This document shows, in pieces, positions 1 through 9,192 of a DNA stretch of 64,000 bases. A model generated the notes under the pieces. The model was not told the DNA's origin. It saw only the letters and a program-made list of their open reading frames with translations, and did not search any database. Numbering within the stretch: position 1 is the stretch's first letter; every line of letters starts with the position of its first letter. The translations under genes were made by a program, and so were the position numbers. Source of the stretch: Candidatus Doudnabacteria bacterium (lineage in GTDB: Bacteria > Patescibacteriota > Doudnabacteria > UBA920); the NCBI GenBank assembly GCA_031291995.1, contig JARLHZ010000004.1:5272-69271 (forward strand). Reading direction: 5' to 3'.

Positions 1-2073
1 GACGGCACCGGCGTGGTCCATAACGCGGCCATGTATGGGGAAGAAGACTACCAGCTGGCCAAGGAAAAAGACCTGCCCCGTACAGACATGCTGGACCACA
101 AGGGCCGGTATCTCCCGATGGCTCCGGAAAATTTAAGGGGAGTGTTTTTTAAAGACGCGGAAAAAATCATCCTTAAGGAACTTCGCGAGAAAAATTTGGT
201 TTATAAAACCGAGCATTACAAACACAACTATCCTCACTGCTACCGCTGCGGCACGCCGCTGTTTTACAATGCTTTGCCGGCCTGGTTTATTAACATTCAA
301 AAAATCAAACCCGAGCTGGTAAAAAATAACCAGGACGTCAGCTGGTACCCCGAGCATTTAAAACACGGACGTTTCCAGCAGGGCGTGGAAAACGCGCCGG
401 ATTGGAATATTTCCCGCAACCGGTTTTGGGCCACGGCTTTGCCGTTTTGGAAATGCGAAAACGCGGATTGTAAAAATGTGACTTGTATCGGTTCGGTGGA
501 AGAACTGCGCCTAAAGTCCGTAAATTTTGCGGAGGTTTATCCGGAAACCGAATCGGAAATTAGGAATCGTGAATCGACAGATCCTAATTCGAAATTCCTA
601 ATTCAAAATTCCAATTTGGATTTGCATCGGCCATATATAGATCGTGTTAAACTTAAATGCGACAAATGCGGCGGCCAAATGGCCCGCATTCCCGAAGTCG
701 TGGACTGCTGGGTGGAAAGCGGCAGTATGCCGTTTGCCGAACTCCACGCGCCGTTTGAAAACCAGGAATTATTCAACAGCCGATTCCCATCCGATTTTGT
801 CGTCGAATATATTCCCCAGACCCGCGCCTGGTTTTATGTCATGCACGTGGTATCCACCATAATTTTCGGCAAAGCGCCGTTTAAAAACGTGGTCACAACC
901 GGAACGATTTTGGCCGAAGACGGCAGCAAAATGTCCAAGAGTAAAAATAATTATCCGGATCCGAATTTGGTCATAGAAAAATATGGCGCCGACGCCCTGC
1001 GTTTTTACCTGCTGACCAGCCCGGTGGTAACCGGTGAAGATTTAAATTTTTCCGAAAAAGGCGTGGCCGACATAGGGCGAAAAATTAACTCGCTGCTTTA
1101 CAATGTCTGGAGTTTTTACCGAATGTACTCAAAAGAGCAAATCAGTCTATCAGCTGATCAGCTTATCAGTTCGGACAGCCATATATTGGATAAGTGGATA
1201 GAGGCGCGGTTAAACCGGGTGCAGGTTGAGGTGACTAAACAGCTGGACGCTTACAATACGGTCAAAGCGGGGAAATCTTTGATTGAGTTCATAAATGACC
1301 TGTCCACCTGGTATTTGCGCCGCAGCCGCGACCGGCTCAAACTGCAAAACGAGGAAAGCAAACGGGTGGCCGCGGTCTTAGGGTTTGTCTTGGCTGAAAC
1401 CGCTAAACTTTTGGCGCCCTTTATGCCATTTTTGGCCGATTTCATTTATAAAGACGTCACCGGCCGGGAATCCGTCCATTTGGAATCATGGTCTAATGTC
1501 AATGCGGCCGCCATAGACAGCGACGTTTTAAATAAGATGGAAATTGTCCGCGAAGCCGTAACCCTGGGCCTGGCCGTAAGAAAAACCAAAAACTTTGCCG
1601 TGCGCCAGCCGCTACTGTCGCTGGCTTTTGATTTTCAGGACGAAAAAGTTGAGCTGGGAGGGGAATATGTTCAGCTGGTTTTGGATGAACTGAACGTCAA
1701 GCAAACCGACAATAATCTTTTGGATAAGAATTTGCGCTCCACAGATACCGTGGTGACGCCCGGAACGAAGGCCGTAAAAGCATTCTACCTGGACCTGCAT
1801 ATTACTCCCGAACTGAAACAGGAAGGCGTGGCACGGGAACTGGAGCGCGCCGTTCAGGATTTGCGCAAAAAAAGCGGGCTGAAGGTCGGCGATCTGGCGG
1901 ATATATACTACAATACCCAGGACGGCGATTTGGAAAATATTTTGCTGAAAATGCTCGACCGTAAAAAAACTTTCATTAGCCAAATCAGCAAAAGTCTGGA
2001 AGTGGAAGTCGACTTTGAAGTTCAGGCTGAAATTGACGGCAAGCCAATTTGGATGGGGATAGTCAAAATATAA
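1..2073 (+). CDS. ileS: isoleucyl-tRNA synthetase, C-terminal ~690 aa (gene starts upstream of window)
   Basis: KMSKS motif (KMSKSKNN), class I aaRS anticodon-binding region, CxxC knuckles (CYRCG, CDKCGG). The frame is open from position 1, so the listed start at 13 (GTG) is internal. Confidence 0.85.
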   Translation, partial: DGTGVVHNAAMYGEEDYQLAKEKDLPRTDMLDHKGRYLPMAPENLRGVFFKDAEKIILKELREKNLVYKTEHYKHNYPHCYRCGTPLFYNALPAWFINIQKIKPELVKNNQDVSWYPEHLKHGRFQQGVENAPDWNISRNRFWATALPFWKCENADCKNVTCIGSVEELRLKSVNFAEVYPETESEIRNRESTDPNSKFLIQNSNLDLHRPYIDRVKLKCDKCGGQMARIPEVVDCWVESGSMPFAELHAPFENQELFNSRFPSDFVVEYIPQTRAWFYVMHVVSTIIFGKAPFKNVVTTGTILAEDGSKMSKSKNNYPDPNLVIEKYGADALRFYLLTSPVVTGEDLNFSEKGVADIGRKINSLLYNVWSFYRMYSKEQISLSADQLISSDSHILDKWIEARLNRVQVEVTKQLDAYNTVKAGKSLIEFINDLSTWYLRRSRDRLKLQNEESKRVAAVLGFVLAETAKLLAPFMPFLADFIYKDVTGRESVHLESWSNVNAAAIDSDVLNKMEIVREAVTLGLAVRKTKNFAVRQPLLSLAFDFQDEKVELGGEYVQLVLDELNVKQTDNNLLDKNLRSTDTVVTPGTKAVKAFYLDLHITPELKQEGVARELERAVQDLRKKSGLKVGDLADIYYNTQDGDLENILLKMLDRKKTFISQISKSLEVEVDFEVQAEIDGKPIWMGIVKI

Positions 2074-2075
2074 TA

Positions 2076-2159
2076 TTTTACGAAGTACGAACGGATACGA
2101 ACTTACGAACCCGTTAAGTACGTCAGTTCGTATGTTCGTAAAATTTCGTACTTCGTAAA
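2076..2159. repeat. word-built palindromic hairpin (tacgaa/ttcgta family) between ileS and recO
   Basis: ttttacgaagtacgaa...ttcgtacttcgtaaa inverted arms. The right arm abuts the recO ATG. A near-identical element lies at 61660-61737. Confidence 0.7.
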
Positions 2160-2162
2160 CTC

Positions 2163-2873
2163 ATGCCGCAGGAACAAACCCGGTTAGCGATAATTTTAAA
2201 AAAGCAGCCGTATAACGAGGGCGACGAGTTGATTACGGTTTTTACCAGGGAAGCGGGTAAGCTTCGGGCTTTGGCCAAATCGGTCAAGCTGCAAAAAGCC
2301 AAACTTCAGTCCAGGCTGCAGCAGTTATTTTTGGTTAATCTGGAATTAACTTCGGCCAAATTGCCAAAAATAATTGGCGTGGAATCCCGCGCGACTTTTT
2401 TAAAAATGCGGGACAACCTGGCGGCGGTAAAAATGGCCTATTATGCCAGTGAACTGATATTAAAATTTACCCCGGACGAACAGAAAAATGAAGCCTTATT
2501 CGATTTGCTGGCGGAGTTCCTAAAATTTTTGGACAGCGAATCAAAACAGCCGGTTTTGGATTTGGCATTGGCCAAATTTAAAATTAATATTTTGCGGACA
2601 TTGGGTTTGGATATTAGTTATCCGGCGGGCGCGAAATTTTTCAGTAACAGCCATGGCGGCTTTGTTGCCGGACAGTCCCAGGATTCCCGGCCCGTTACCC
2701 TCCCGACGCTGGATTTATTTATTTCTTTAAAAGACTGTCGGTTTGATTACTTAGTCAGTCTTAATTTTGGAGACCAAGTCCTCCTGGAGAACTTACAAAA
2801 TTTGTTGTCCCAATTTGTGGAATACCAGCTGGAAAGGCCTGTAAAATCGGAGCGGTATTTAAAACATGGCTAG
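2163..2873 (+). CDS. recO: DNA repair protein RecO-like
   Basis: N-terminal OB-fold pattern AIILKKQPYNEGDELITVFTREAGKLRALAKSVK is typical of RecO. Length ~236 aa. No C4 zinc finger seen. Confidence 0.5.
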   Translation: MPQEQTRLAIILKKQPYNEGDELITVFTREAGKLRALAKSVKLQKAKLQSRLQQLFLVNLELTSAKLPKIIGVESRATFLKMRDNLAAVKMAYYASELILKFTPDEQKNEALFDLLAEFLKFLDSESKQPVLDLALAKFKINILRTLGLDISYPAGAKFFSNSHGGFVAGQSQDSRPVTLPTLDLFISLKDCRFDYLVSLNFGDQVLLENLQNLLSQFVEYQLERPVKSERYLKHG

Positions 2874-2963
2874 AATTTAACGCTCCCGGTAATTTTATGG
2901 TATAATATTGGGGCTTAGGTCAATTATTTAAGCCGAATTATTGTAAAAAATTAACAACAAAAT

Positions 2964-4790
2964 ATGGAAGATCCAAATCGTCCCGGCAATGATTTCGTTA
3001 AAAAGCAGGTCGCGGGGCCGTCGGCCCAAATGTCCGTAATTTCAGGCGGTATTAATACCCCAAAGGTGGCGGACGGAGGTTTTAAAAGTTTTTACCGGTC
3101 CAATAAATGGTATTTTTTGGCGATTATCGCCGGGGTAGTAATTATTTCCCTATTGGGTTACTATGCCTTCAAAAAAGGTCCGGCATCCACGTCCAAGCAG
3201 GCCAATGTGGCCATAAATATAGATGTCCCGCAAACCGTGCCCAGCGGGGGAGAAGCGGTATATAAAATTACGGTCACCAATAACGATGCGCAAAAACTCG
3301 TCAGTATGCAGCTTGAACTGGCTTATCCCGAGGGTGAAAGTTACGAAAGCAGCAGCCCGCAGGCCGCTGACCTTTCCGGCAGCCTGTTCAGCGTCCCAGA
3401 TTTGCTTCCGGGCCAGAATGCTGTGGTTATCGTTAAAACCAAAATTACCGGCAACGTGGGAGACCAAAAAACGCTTGACGCCAAACTCCATTACAGTTAC
3501 GGAAATTTTAACTCCCAATTTGTCAAAGACCAGACCTCCACTATCCAATTGGCGGCTTCGAATATCGGCCTGACCCTGCAGGGGCCGACTAATACCAGCA
3601 ACGCCCAGCTGGTCATGTACACCATAACTTACCAGAATAATTCGGGCGGCGATGTGCAAAACGCCCGGGTGGAAATGGACTATCCGGATGGTTTTGTGTT
3701 CGCGCAGTCCACGCCGGCTCCGGATTTGGGAAGCAATACCTGGGTCATTCCCACGCTTTCCAAAAACGCTTCCAGCACCATTACCGTACAGGGGACGTTT
3801 TCCGCGGCCAATCCGGGGGAGAACAAAACCGCGACGGCTAATTTCCTAATTCAGGGGCCGGACGGGAATTATTTTACCCAAAACTCAACCACTTTTTCCA
3901 CGCAAATTTCCAGCCTGCCGCTCTTAGTGACGCAGTCGCTCCAGGCGGCCAATACCGGCAACGTCGTCAATCCGGGTCAAAATTTAACTTTCAATATTAC
4001 TTATCAAAATAACGCCAGCGTGGCCGCCACGGGCGTAAACGTAGAGGTGGATTTGAACACCAAGGTAATCGACCCGGCATCCATTTCATCCCAGGGCGGG
4101 CAAATTAACAACAGTACGATAATTTGGAACGCGTCCGGCGTGCCCCAGCTGGCCAGCTTGCTGCCTAACCAGTCCGGCCAGTTGTCGTTTACTTTGAAAG
4201 TCAACAATCCGGCCACGAAGGATTCTTCCAAGAACCTGACAATTATTTCCGACATCAAAATAAAATCCAACGAATATTCCACGGCGTTCCCCGGGAATGA
4301 ACTGGCGCTAAAAGTTTCCAGCCCTTCCAGCGTCAACACGGCTTTGACTTATGTTTCGGGAAGTCTGCCGCCACAGGTCGGCAAGTCGACGGTTTACCAG
4401 GTCAGTGTTTCTTTGACTAATTCCAGTAATGATTTTTCCAGCGGCGTCTTTACGGCATTTATACCGGCGGCCAGCTTTTCGCAGTCGGGTGTTTCGCCGG
4501 ACGAAGCCCAAAATGTGCAGTTTGATCCGGCCACTAACAAATTAACCTGGAATGTGGGCAGTTTGCCGGCTAATACCGGCCGGTTCAACCAGGCCAGAAT
4601 ACTGACTTTTGACCTGACTTTAAATCCCGGAGCCACTAACGCCAACCAGCCGGTAGTCCTGCTCAACAAAATGAATTTTTCCGCTACCGACTTGTTTACC
4701 AACCAGCCGGTCAGCGTGGCCGCGCCGGATCTCCGCACCTCCGACCTCCAGGGGCAGGGCGGCTTTAGCCAGGGGACGGTTCAGCCGTAA
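2964..4790 (+). CDS. membrane-anchored surface protein with DUF11-like repeated domains
   Basis: N-terminal TM helix (WYFLAIIAGVVIISLLGYYAF) followed by ~5 repeated ~110-aa T/N/S-rich beta domains (GEAVYKITVTNNDAQ..., VMYTITYQNNSGGDVQNARVEMDYPDG...). Confidence 0.5.
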   Translation: MEDPNRPGNDFVKKQVAGPSAQMSVISGGINTPKVADGGFKSFYRSNKWYFLAIIAGVVIISLLGYYAFKKGPASTSKQANVAINIDVPQTVPSGGEAVYKITVTNNDAQKLVSMQLELAYPEGESYESSSPQAADLSGSLFSVPDLLPGQNAVVIVKTKITGNVGDQKTLDAKLHYSYGNFNSQFVKDQTSTIQLAASNIGLTLQGPTNTSNAQLVMYTITYQNNSGGDVQNARVEMDYPDGFVFAQSTPAPDLGSNTWVIPTLSKNASSTITVQGTFSAANPGENKTATANFLIQGPDGNYFTQNSTTFSTQISSLPLLVTQSLQAANTGNVVNPGQNLTFNITYQNNASVAATGVNVEVDLNTKVIDPASISSQGGQINNSTIIWNASGVPQLASLLPNQSGQLSFTLKVNNPATKDSSKNLTIISDIKIKSNEYSTAFPGNELALKVSSPSSVNTALTYVSGSLPPQVGKSTVYQVSVSLTNSSNDFSSGVFTAFIPAASFSQSGVSPDEAQNVQFDPATNKLTWNVGSLPANTGRFNQARILTFDLTLNPGATNANQPVVLLNKMNFSATDLFTNQPVSVAAPDLRTSDLQGQGGFSQGTVQP

Positions 4791-4846
4791 ATTAGCATTT
4801 AGTAGGTAGTATATAGAATATAGAGTATAGGGTTTATACATTCCAG

Positions 4847-4983
4847 TAAGGCCGTGACGGCCGGATAAAATTTTTTTTGCCTCTACGTCTTGCCAGGTAG
4901 CAACGTTGATAAAAGTAAAACCGTGCGTTGGCAAGGCGCGGGGCAAAAAAATTTTACCGCCCGCCCCGCCCTTACCTTAAGCG
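4847..4983. repeat. ~130-bp repeat element, copy 1 (second copy at 31327-31453)
   Basis: taaggccgtgacggccggataaaa...ttttgcctctacgtcttgcca...ttggcaaggcgcggggcaaaa... shared with 31327-31453. Internal inverted repeat ttttgcc..cgccttgccaa / ttggcaaggcg..ggcaaaa. Confidence 0.6.
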
Positions 4984-5032
4984 TCTTAAATCAATTTTGA
5001 AGTTAAAATCCTATCTCAGACAGGCTACAAGC

Positions 5033-5060
5033 AAAAACACGTTTAGCCAAACGTGTTTTT
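5033..5060. terminator. bidirectional hairpin terminator between convergent genes
   Basis: aaaaacacgtttagccaaacgtgttttt is a perfect stem with an A-run and a T-run on either side. Confidence 0.5.
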
Positions 5061-5163
5061 AAATATGCAGTGAGTATATTTGCTGAAGAAACAGTTTTAG
5101 ATGATGGGGTAAGCGCGCTTCCGCGGCACGATCAGCGCAGATATCCGCGACCAATCCGCGGTA

Positions 5164-6468
5164 TTACGGATAAATATACCCTTTAATATGCGAATCGCTT
5201 GTGGAGACCCAGCGCTGGTCAATCCTGTTAAAATGGTCGTAGTTCATTTCCGAAACCAATATGCGGCCGGAGTCCACGCTTTCCACGTAGGCCACGTGGC
5301 CATAGCGACCATAGCCAGCTCCGCTAAAGACCACGGCCGAATGGCTGGCCGGTTCGCGGCCGGTTACATAGCCGCTGGCACCCGCGTTGGCCAGCCAATT
5401 TTTGGCGTTTCCGCCAAAAGTGATTTTCATTTTAGTCGCCACATAGTAGGTACAATAACCAACCGGGAACAGATGGTTTACCCCATCATAGCCCGAGCTG
5501 ATGCTGGTAACGGTATCGCCGTTGTCGTAAGTTGGGGTATTTTTTGTCTTGGGCTTCGGTTTGGCCGTTGGCGTCGGCACGGGCGGGGGAGTGGTTACAA
5601 CGCCGCCGGGAATTATTAGGAAGTCCCCGGGGTTGATGTCTTCGGCGCTGTCCAGACCGTTGTAGGAAATAATTGTGGCCAGCAACTGCGCCGCGGTCTG
5701 ATCGCGGGTTTGTTTGTTGGTGTTATACCGGTCCGGGCTGTATTGCGCGGCCAGGTCGGGCAGGGTGGTGTTAGGTCCGGCGGTGACCGCCACGCCGTCA
5801 ACCGGCGGGATTATCAGGTTCCATCCCGGCTTTATGGTATTGGAAGTTAGAGAAGGGTTGCTCCAGAGGATGCTGTTGACGGAAATGCCGTTTTTAGCGG
5901 CTATGGATTTTAGGGTATCTCCATCCTGGGTCAGGTAGACTTTTTTAGTTACGTTGCTGACCATGGATTTAAGGCTGTCCGGGCTTGGCGCCACCATGCC
6001 GTTGTTGTCGTCCATAACCGTCCCGCTGTTCTCGGTTGTATTGTCGGAAGACACGGTATCGGGATTCAGTCCGGAAAAATCGTCGGCATAAGCCTGAGGC
6101 ACAAAATTATTTTTGGCCACAACGGTAATGATGCTGGAGTTTTTGGCGTACAGTTTGGCGTTAAGCACCTGGTGGCGGTTAATAAAATTACCGGCCAGGC
6201 TGTTGTCCGCAAAGCTGCCGCCGGTAAAAAAGAATATATTCAGCCCGGCCACCATCAGGCTGAGCATAATTACAAACAGTTCGCTGGAAAATTTCAATAC
6301 AAAATCCATCCAGTCCATCTTTTTTAAATGGATGGCCGGAAAACTCTGCAAATGCAGCCTCTTTAAATTAGGCGCCCTTCGGCTGATGTCGCCGAAAAGC
6401 TGTTTAATTTCCGTTTTGGCGGTAAAGGTCAGGCGGGAAAGGTAGCGTTTGAGTCGCGACCGCCACAA
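5164..6468 (-). CDS. LysM + CHAP domain peptidoglycan hydrolase (membrane anchored)
   Basis: LysM (YLTQDGDTLKSIAAKNGISVNSILWSNP). C-terminal CHAP signature (GYCTYYVATK...GHVAYVESV...VSEMNY). N-terminal TM. The start may be an internal Met. Confidence 0.7.
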   Translation of the reverse strand: MWRSRLKRYLSRLTFTAKTEIKQLFGDISRRAPNLKRLHLQSFPAIHLKKMDWMDFVLKFSSELFVIMLSLMVAGLNIFFFTGGSFADNSLAGNFINRHQVLNAKLYAKNSSIITVVAKNNFVPQAYADDFSGLNPDTVSSDNTTENSGTVMDDNNGMVAPSPDSLKSMVSNVTKKVYLTQDGDTLKSIAAKNGISVNSILWSNPSLTSNTIKPGWNLIIPPVDGVAVTAGPNTTLPDLAAQYSPDRYNTNKQTRDQTAAQLLATIISYNGLDSAEDINPGDFLIIPGGVVTTPPPVPTPTAKPKPKTKNTPTYDNGDTVTSISSGYDGVNHLFPVGYCTYYVATKMKITFGGNAKNWLANAGASGYVTGREPASHSAVVFSGAGYGRYGHVAYVESVDSGRILVSEMNYDHFNRIDQRWVSTSDSHIKGYIYP

Positions 6469-6873
6469 GCTGATTTTTTGGATATCGGCTCCTTATTTTA
6501 CGCGTTGTGGTCCAAACCAGACCCGCATAAAATAATAATATATAGATAAGCTCGTTTTTTTATGGACAACAGGGGAAATTGCCAGCTAATTCCTATATAT
6601 ATTAATTGTCTTTTTTAGAGTGATTTGCACTTATTAGTTTAACAAGATAAGGAGCAGGGGGCAAGGATTTTATTCACAAGCCTGACATTTTTGGCTTTAT
6701 TTACAGGAGATTTTTTTAACCTACCTTTAAAATAGAGGCGAATTTAGGCCGCTATCCATTTTAACAATTGCCATCCTAATATTTTATCAACGCATAAAAT
6801 CGCGTCACGTTAATTAAAAATTAGGACTAAACGATTATAAAATGTTAAAATGATAAGATGTTAAAATAATCCT

Positions 6874-9078
6874 ATGGATTTATCGGCGTTAAATAATCAG
6901 CAAAAGCAGGCGGTCACAGCGGGTCTCGGGCCGGTTTTGGTATTGGCCGGGCCGGGCAGCGGCAAGACCAAAACCTTAACCCACCGGCTGGCGTATTTAA
7001 TTGAAAAAAAACTCGTGCCGCCGGCCAACATTTTAGCCCTGACTTTTACAAATAAGGCGGCTAAGGAGATGCGCGGCCGGGTGGCTGTGCTGTTGGCGAG
7101 ATTTGTTTCCGCGACGGAACAATTGACCATGGGAACTTTTCACGCCGTGTGCGCCAAAATTTTGCGGCACGAAATCGCGGTTTTAGGCTATGGCCATGAT
7201 TTTGTGATTTTTGACAGCCAAGACCAGCAAAAAGTCATTAAGGAAATTTTGGAAGAACTGCGCGTGGACACCAAGCGTCTGCCGGCCTCTATGTTTGGCG
7301 CCCTGATTTCCCGCGCCAAAAATCTTCTGCAGCTGCCGGCGGAACTGGATTTGGGATTGGATTCCCCGCTCCGCGAAAAATTAGCCGAAGTTTACGCGCG
7401 TTACCAGGACAGCCTGTTTAAGCAAAACGCTCTTGATTTTGACGACTTGCTGATGCTCACCGTAAAAATTATGGAAAACTTCCCCAAAATACTCCAAAAA
7501 TATCAAAAAAAGTTCGTTTATGTTTTGGTTGATGAATACCAGGACACCAACGCCGCCCAATACCGCCTGTTACGAATGTTCTCCGAACACCGCAATTTGT
7601 TCGTGGTCGGCGACGACGCGCAGAGCATATATAAATTCCGCGGCAGCGACATTACCAACATCCTGAATTTTGAAAAGGATTTTCCCGAGGCTCAAATTAT
7701 CAAACTCGAACAGAATTACCGGAGCACCAAGAATATTTTAAACGCCGCGCAAAAGGTTATAGAGCTTAATCCCGAACAAAAACCCAAAACTTTGTGGACG
7801 GAAAATCCGGACGGGGAAAAAATTATTTTGGCCTGCGAAGAGGATGAGCAGGCCGAAGGCGGGTTTGTGGCCAGAAATATTATTAAGCTGGCCACCAACC
7901 AGGGAACCGGGGAATTGGAATACGAGACGGACGACAGCCAAAAGGACAATGACGATAAGCCAAGTTTCTCTATTCTCGACAGGTTCATTAAAGCCAAAAA
8001 AATGCAGGCCAAATATTCACCGTCGCTGGGCAGTTTTGGCCGGGGGCTGTTACCGCAGCTGCCGAAAAAGCACGAACCGCTTAGGGAATTTTGCGTACTT
8101 TACCGGACCCACGCGCAGAGCCGTGCCATTGAAGAAGCTCTAATAGAATCAAGTATTCCGTACCAGATTGTCGGCGGCCTGAAATTTTACGAACGCAAGG
8201 AAATTAAGGACATGCTGGCTTATTTGCGCCTGACGCTCAATTTTCGCGACTTGGTATCGTTAAAGCGCGTGGTTAACGAGCCGCCGCGGGGGATTGGGGA
8301 TAAGTCTTATGAGATAATCAGGGATTTTATATTAAATTTTAAACAGGATGAGAAATCCGAAAAACCGGATAAATCAAAGAAGCTCGCTTCTGATTCCCCA
8401 GTTCTCCGCCTTTCAGAATTTAGGAGCGCGTTTGCCGAAGTTACGCTGCAGCGCAAAGCCTGGCATTCGGCGCAGGATTTTTTTGCCGTGCTCGGGGAGC
8501 TTACGGAGTTTAACGAAAAATCCGCTTTGTCCGAGCTGATGAAATTGGTTGTCCGGAAAACGGGATACGAAAAATACTTGCGCGACGGCAGCGAGGCCGG
8601 CGAATCGCGTTTTGAAAACGTGGAAGAACTGTATTCCGTGGCGCAAAAGTTCGGCAACCTGCCGTGGCGGGAAGCGTTGTCGGAATTTTTGCAGGAAGTG
8701 GCGCTTATTAGCGAAATCGACCAAAAAGACGAAAGCAAAGACGCGGTAACTCTTATGACCCTGCATAGCGCGAAGGGTCTGGAGTTCGATAATGTGTTTT
8801 TTGTGGGGCTGGAAGAGGGGATATTGCCTCACAGCCGCAGCCTGCTGGACCCGAGCGAACTGTCCGAAGAAATCCGCCTGGCTTACGTGGGCCTGACCCG
8901 GGCGCGCAAACGCCTGTTTTTGGTCTACACCCACAGCCGCCGCGTGTTCGGCAATTGGCAAATCAGCCAACCGTCGCGCATTCTTAAAGCTTTGCCCAGA
9001 GAAAATATGGAATACCGGGGAACTGCCAAAGAACATTTTAGCGGCAACGATGGGGAACTGGAGTATGAAGTCACGTAG
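6874..9078 (+). CDS. uvrD: UvrD/PcrA/Rep-family ATP-dependent DNA helicase
   Basis: Walker A GPGSGKTKTLTHR, motif II VLVDEYQDTN, and a UvrD C-terminal motif VGLTRARKRLFL. Confidence 0.85.
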   Translation: MDLSALNNQQKQAVTAGLGPVLVLAGPGSGKTKTLTHRLAYLIEKKLVPPANILALTFTNKAAKEMRGRVAVLLARFVSATEQLTMGTFHAVCAKILRHEIAVLGYGHDFVIFDSQDQQKVIKEILEELRVDTKRLPASMFGALISRAKNLLQLPAELDLGLDSPLREKLAEVYARYQDSLFKQNALDFDDLLMLTVKIMENFPKILQKYQKKFVYVLVDEYQDTNAAQYRLLRMFSEHRNLFVVGDDAQSIYKFRGSDITNILNFEKDFPEAQIIKLEQNYRSTKNILNAAQKVIELNPEQKPKTLWTENPDGEKIILACEEDEQAEGGFVARNIIKLATNQGTGELEYETDDSQKDNDDKPSFSILDRFIKAKKMQAKYSPSLGSFGRGLLPQLPKKHEPLREFCVLYRTHAQSRAIEEALIESSIPYQIVGGLKFYERKEIKDMLAYLRLTLNFRDLVSLKRVVNEPPRGIGDKSYEIIRDFILNFKQDEKSEKPDKSKKLASDSPVLRLSEFRSAFAEVTLQRKAWHSAQDFFAVLGELTEFNEKSALSELMKLVVRKTGYEKYLRDGSEAGESRFENVEELYSVAQKFGNLPWREALSEFLQEVALISEIDQKDESKDAVTLMTLHSAKGLEFDNVFFVGLEEGILPHSRSLLDPSELSEEIRLAYVGLTRARKRLFLVYTHSRRVFGNWQISQPSRILKALPRENMEYRGTAKEHFSGNDGELEYEVT

Positions 9079-9082
9079 ATAA

Positions 9083-9190
9083 TGCCAAATTTCAGATTTC
9101 AAATATCAAATCAATGGCGAAGTTTAAAATTTAAAATTTAAAATTAGGATTTGATTTAAAATTTTTAATTTAAAATTTGTAATTGTGTCC
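9083..9190. repeat. word-built hairpin, caaatttcaaat / atttgaaatttg family
   Basis: ccaaatttcagatttcaaatatcaaatc ... gatttaaaatttttaatttaaaatttgtaattg are inverted arms of A/T-rich words. Confidence 0.6.
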
Positions 9191-9192
9191 CA

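Noticed and set aside
3150-3659. Long antisense ORFs inside well-supported genes (e.g. 3150-3659-, 8413-9102-, 17913-18449-, 20011-20508-, 48572-49177-, 57624-58220-, 59543-59983-)
   Set aside because: Each lies entirely within a longer ORF on the opposite strand that has clear family signatures. The compositions are Arg/Ser/Pro-rich and typical of shadow frames.
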